DNA of 5,235 nucleotides from a virus (Duplodnaviria; Heunggongvirae; Uroviricota; Caudoviricetes): IMG/VR virus record IMGVR_UViG_2548876958_000008; one strand, 5' to 3'. Shown piece by piece: positions 5,196 to 5,235 of this stretch (position 1 is its first letter; each line of letters starts with the position of its first letter). The notes under the pieces were generated by a model. It saw only the letters and a program-made list of their open reading frames with translations, ran no database searches and was not told where the DNA came from. The position numbers and the translations under genes were made by a program.

Positions 5196-5235
5196 ATTTG
5201 GCCACCTGATGAAAGGTGATATTCTCACCACAACA

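Noticed and set aside
4193-5231. Minus-strand ORFs (4193-4450, 4242-4847, 4258-4488, 4926-5231, 4952-5143) and + strand 4708-4914 overlapping terS/terL
   Set aside because: Antisense or off-frame to the terminase genes, which have clear motifs and translational coupling. Long antisense ORFs are expected in GC-rich coding DNA.
5180-5235. Possible insertion-sequence end interrupting terL
   Set aside because: The last 55 bp do not match the terminal inverted repeats of IS1, IS2, IS3 or IS5 as I recall them, and the window ends too soon to see a transposase; kept only as one explanation in the terL finding.

Overview
This window reads as the late-region junction of a lambdoid / HK97-type prophage from an enterobacterium; every call rests on reading the sequence and on motifs recalled from memory, with no database search run. 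Left to right on the + strand: (1) a lysis cassette with a SAR-type T4-lysozyme-family endolysin and an embedded Rz/Rz1 spanin pair, interrupted by an antirepressor-like gene and a single-TMD peptide ORF that the ORF track misses; (2) a moron zone with a 74-aa Cys-containing ORF, about 200 bp of ORF-poor DNA, an AT-rich island carrying a second missed ORF (46-aa hydrophobic peptide), and an opposite-strand DUF3950/Arc-like small gene; (3) the packaging entry module: HNH endonuclease, a ~290-bp non-coding cos-like region dense in GTTAAC-centred palindromes, terminase small subunit, and the N-terminal ATPase part of the terminase large subunit, which stops at 5195 just after its Walker-B-like motif. 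No rRNA, tRNA, CRISPR array or recognisable IS element was seen. No established defence or toxin system is recognisable; the candidates most worth a second look are the two small membrane-peptide ORFs, the cos-region repeat array and the interrupted terL.
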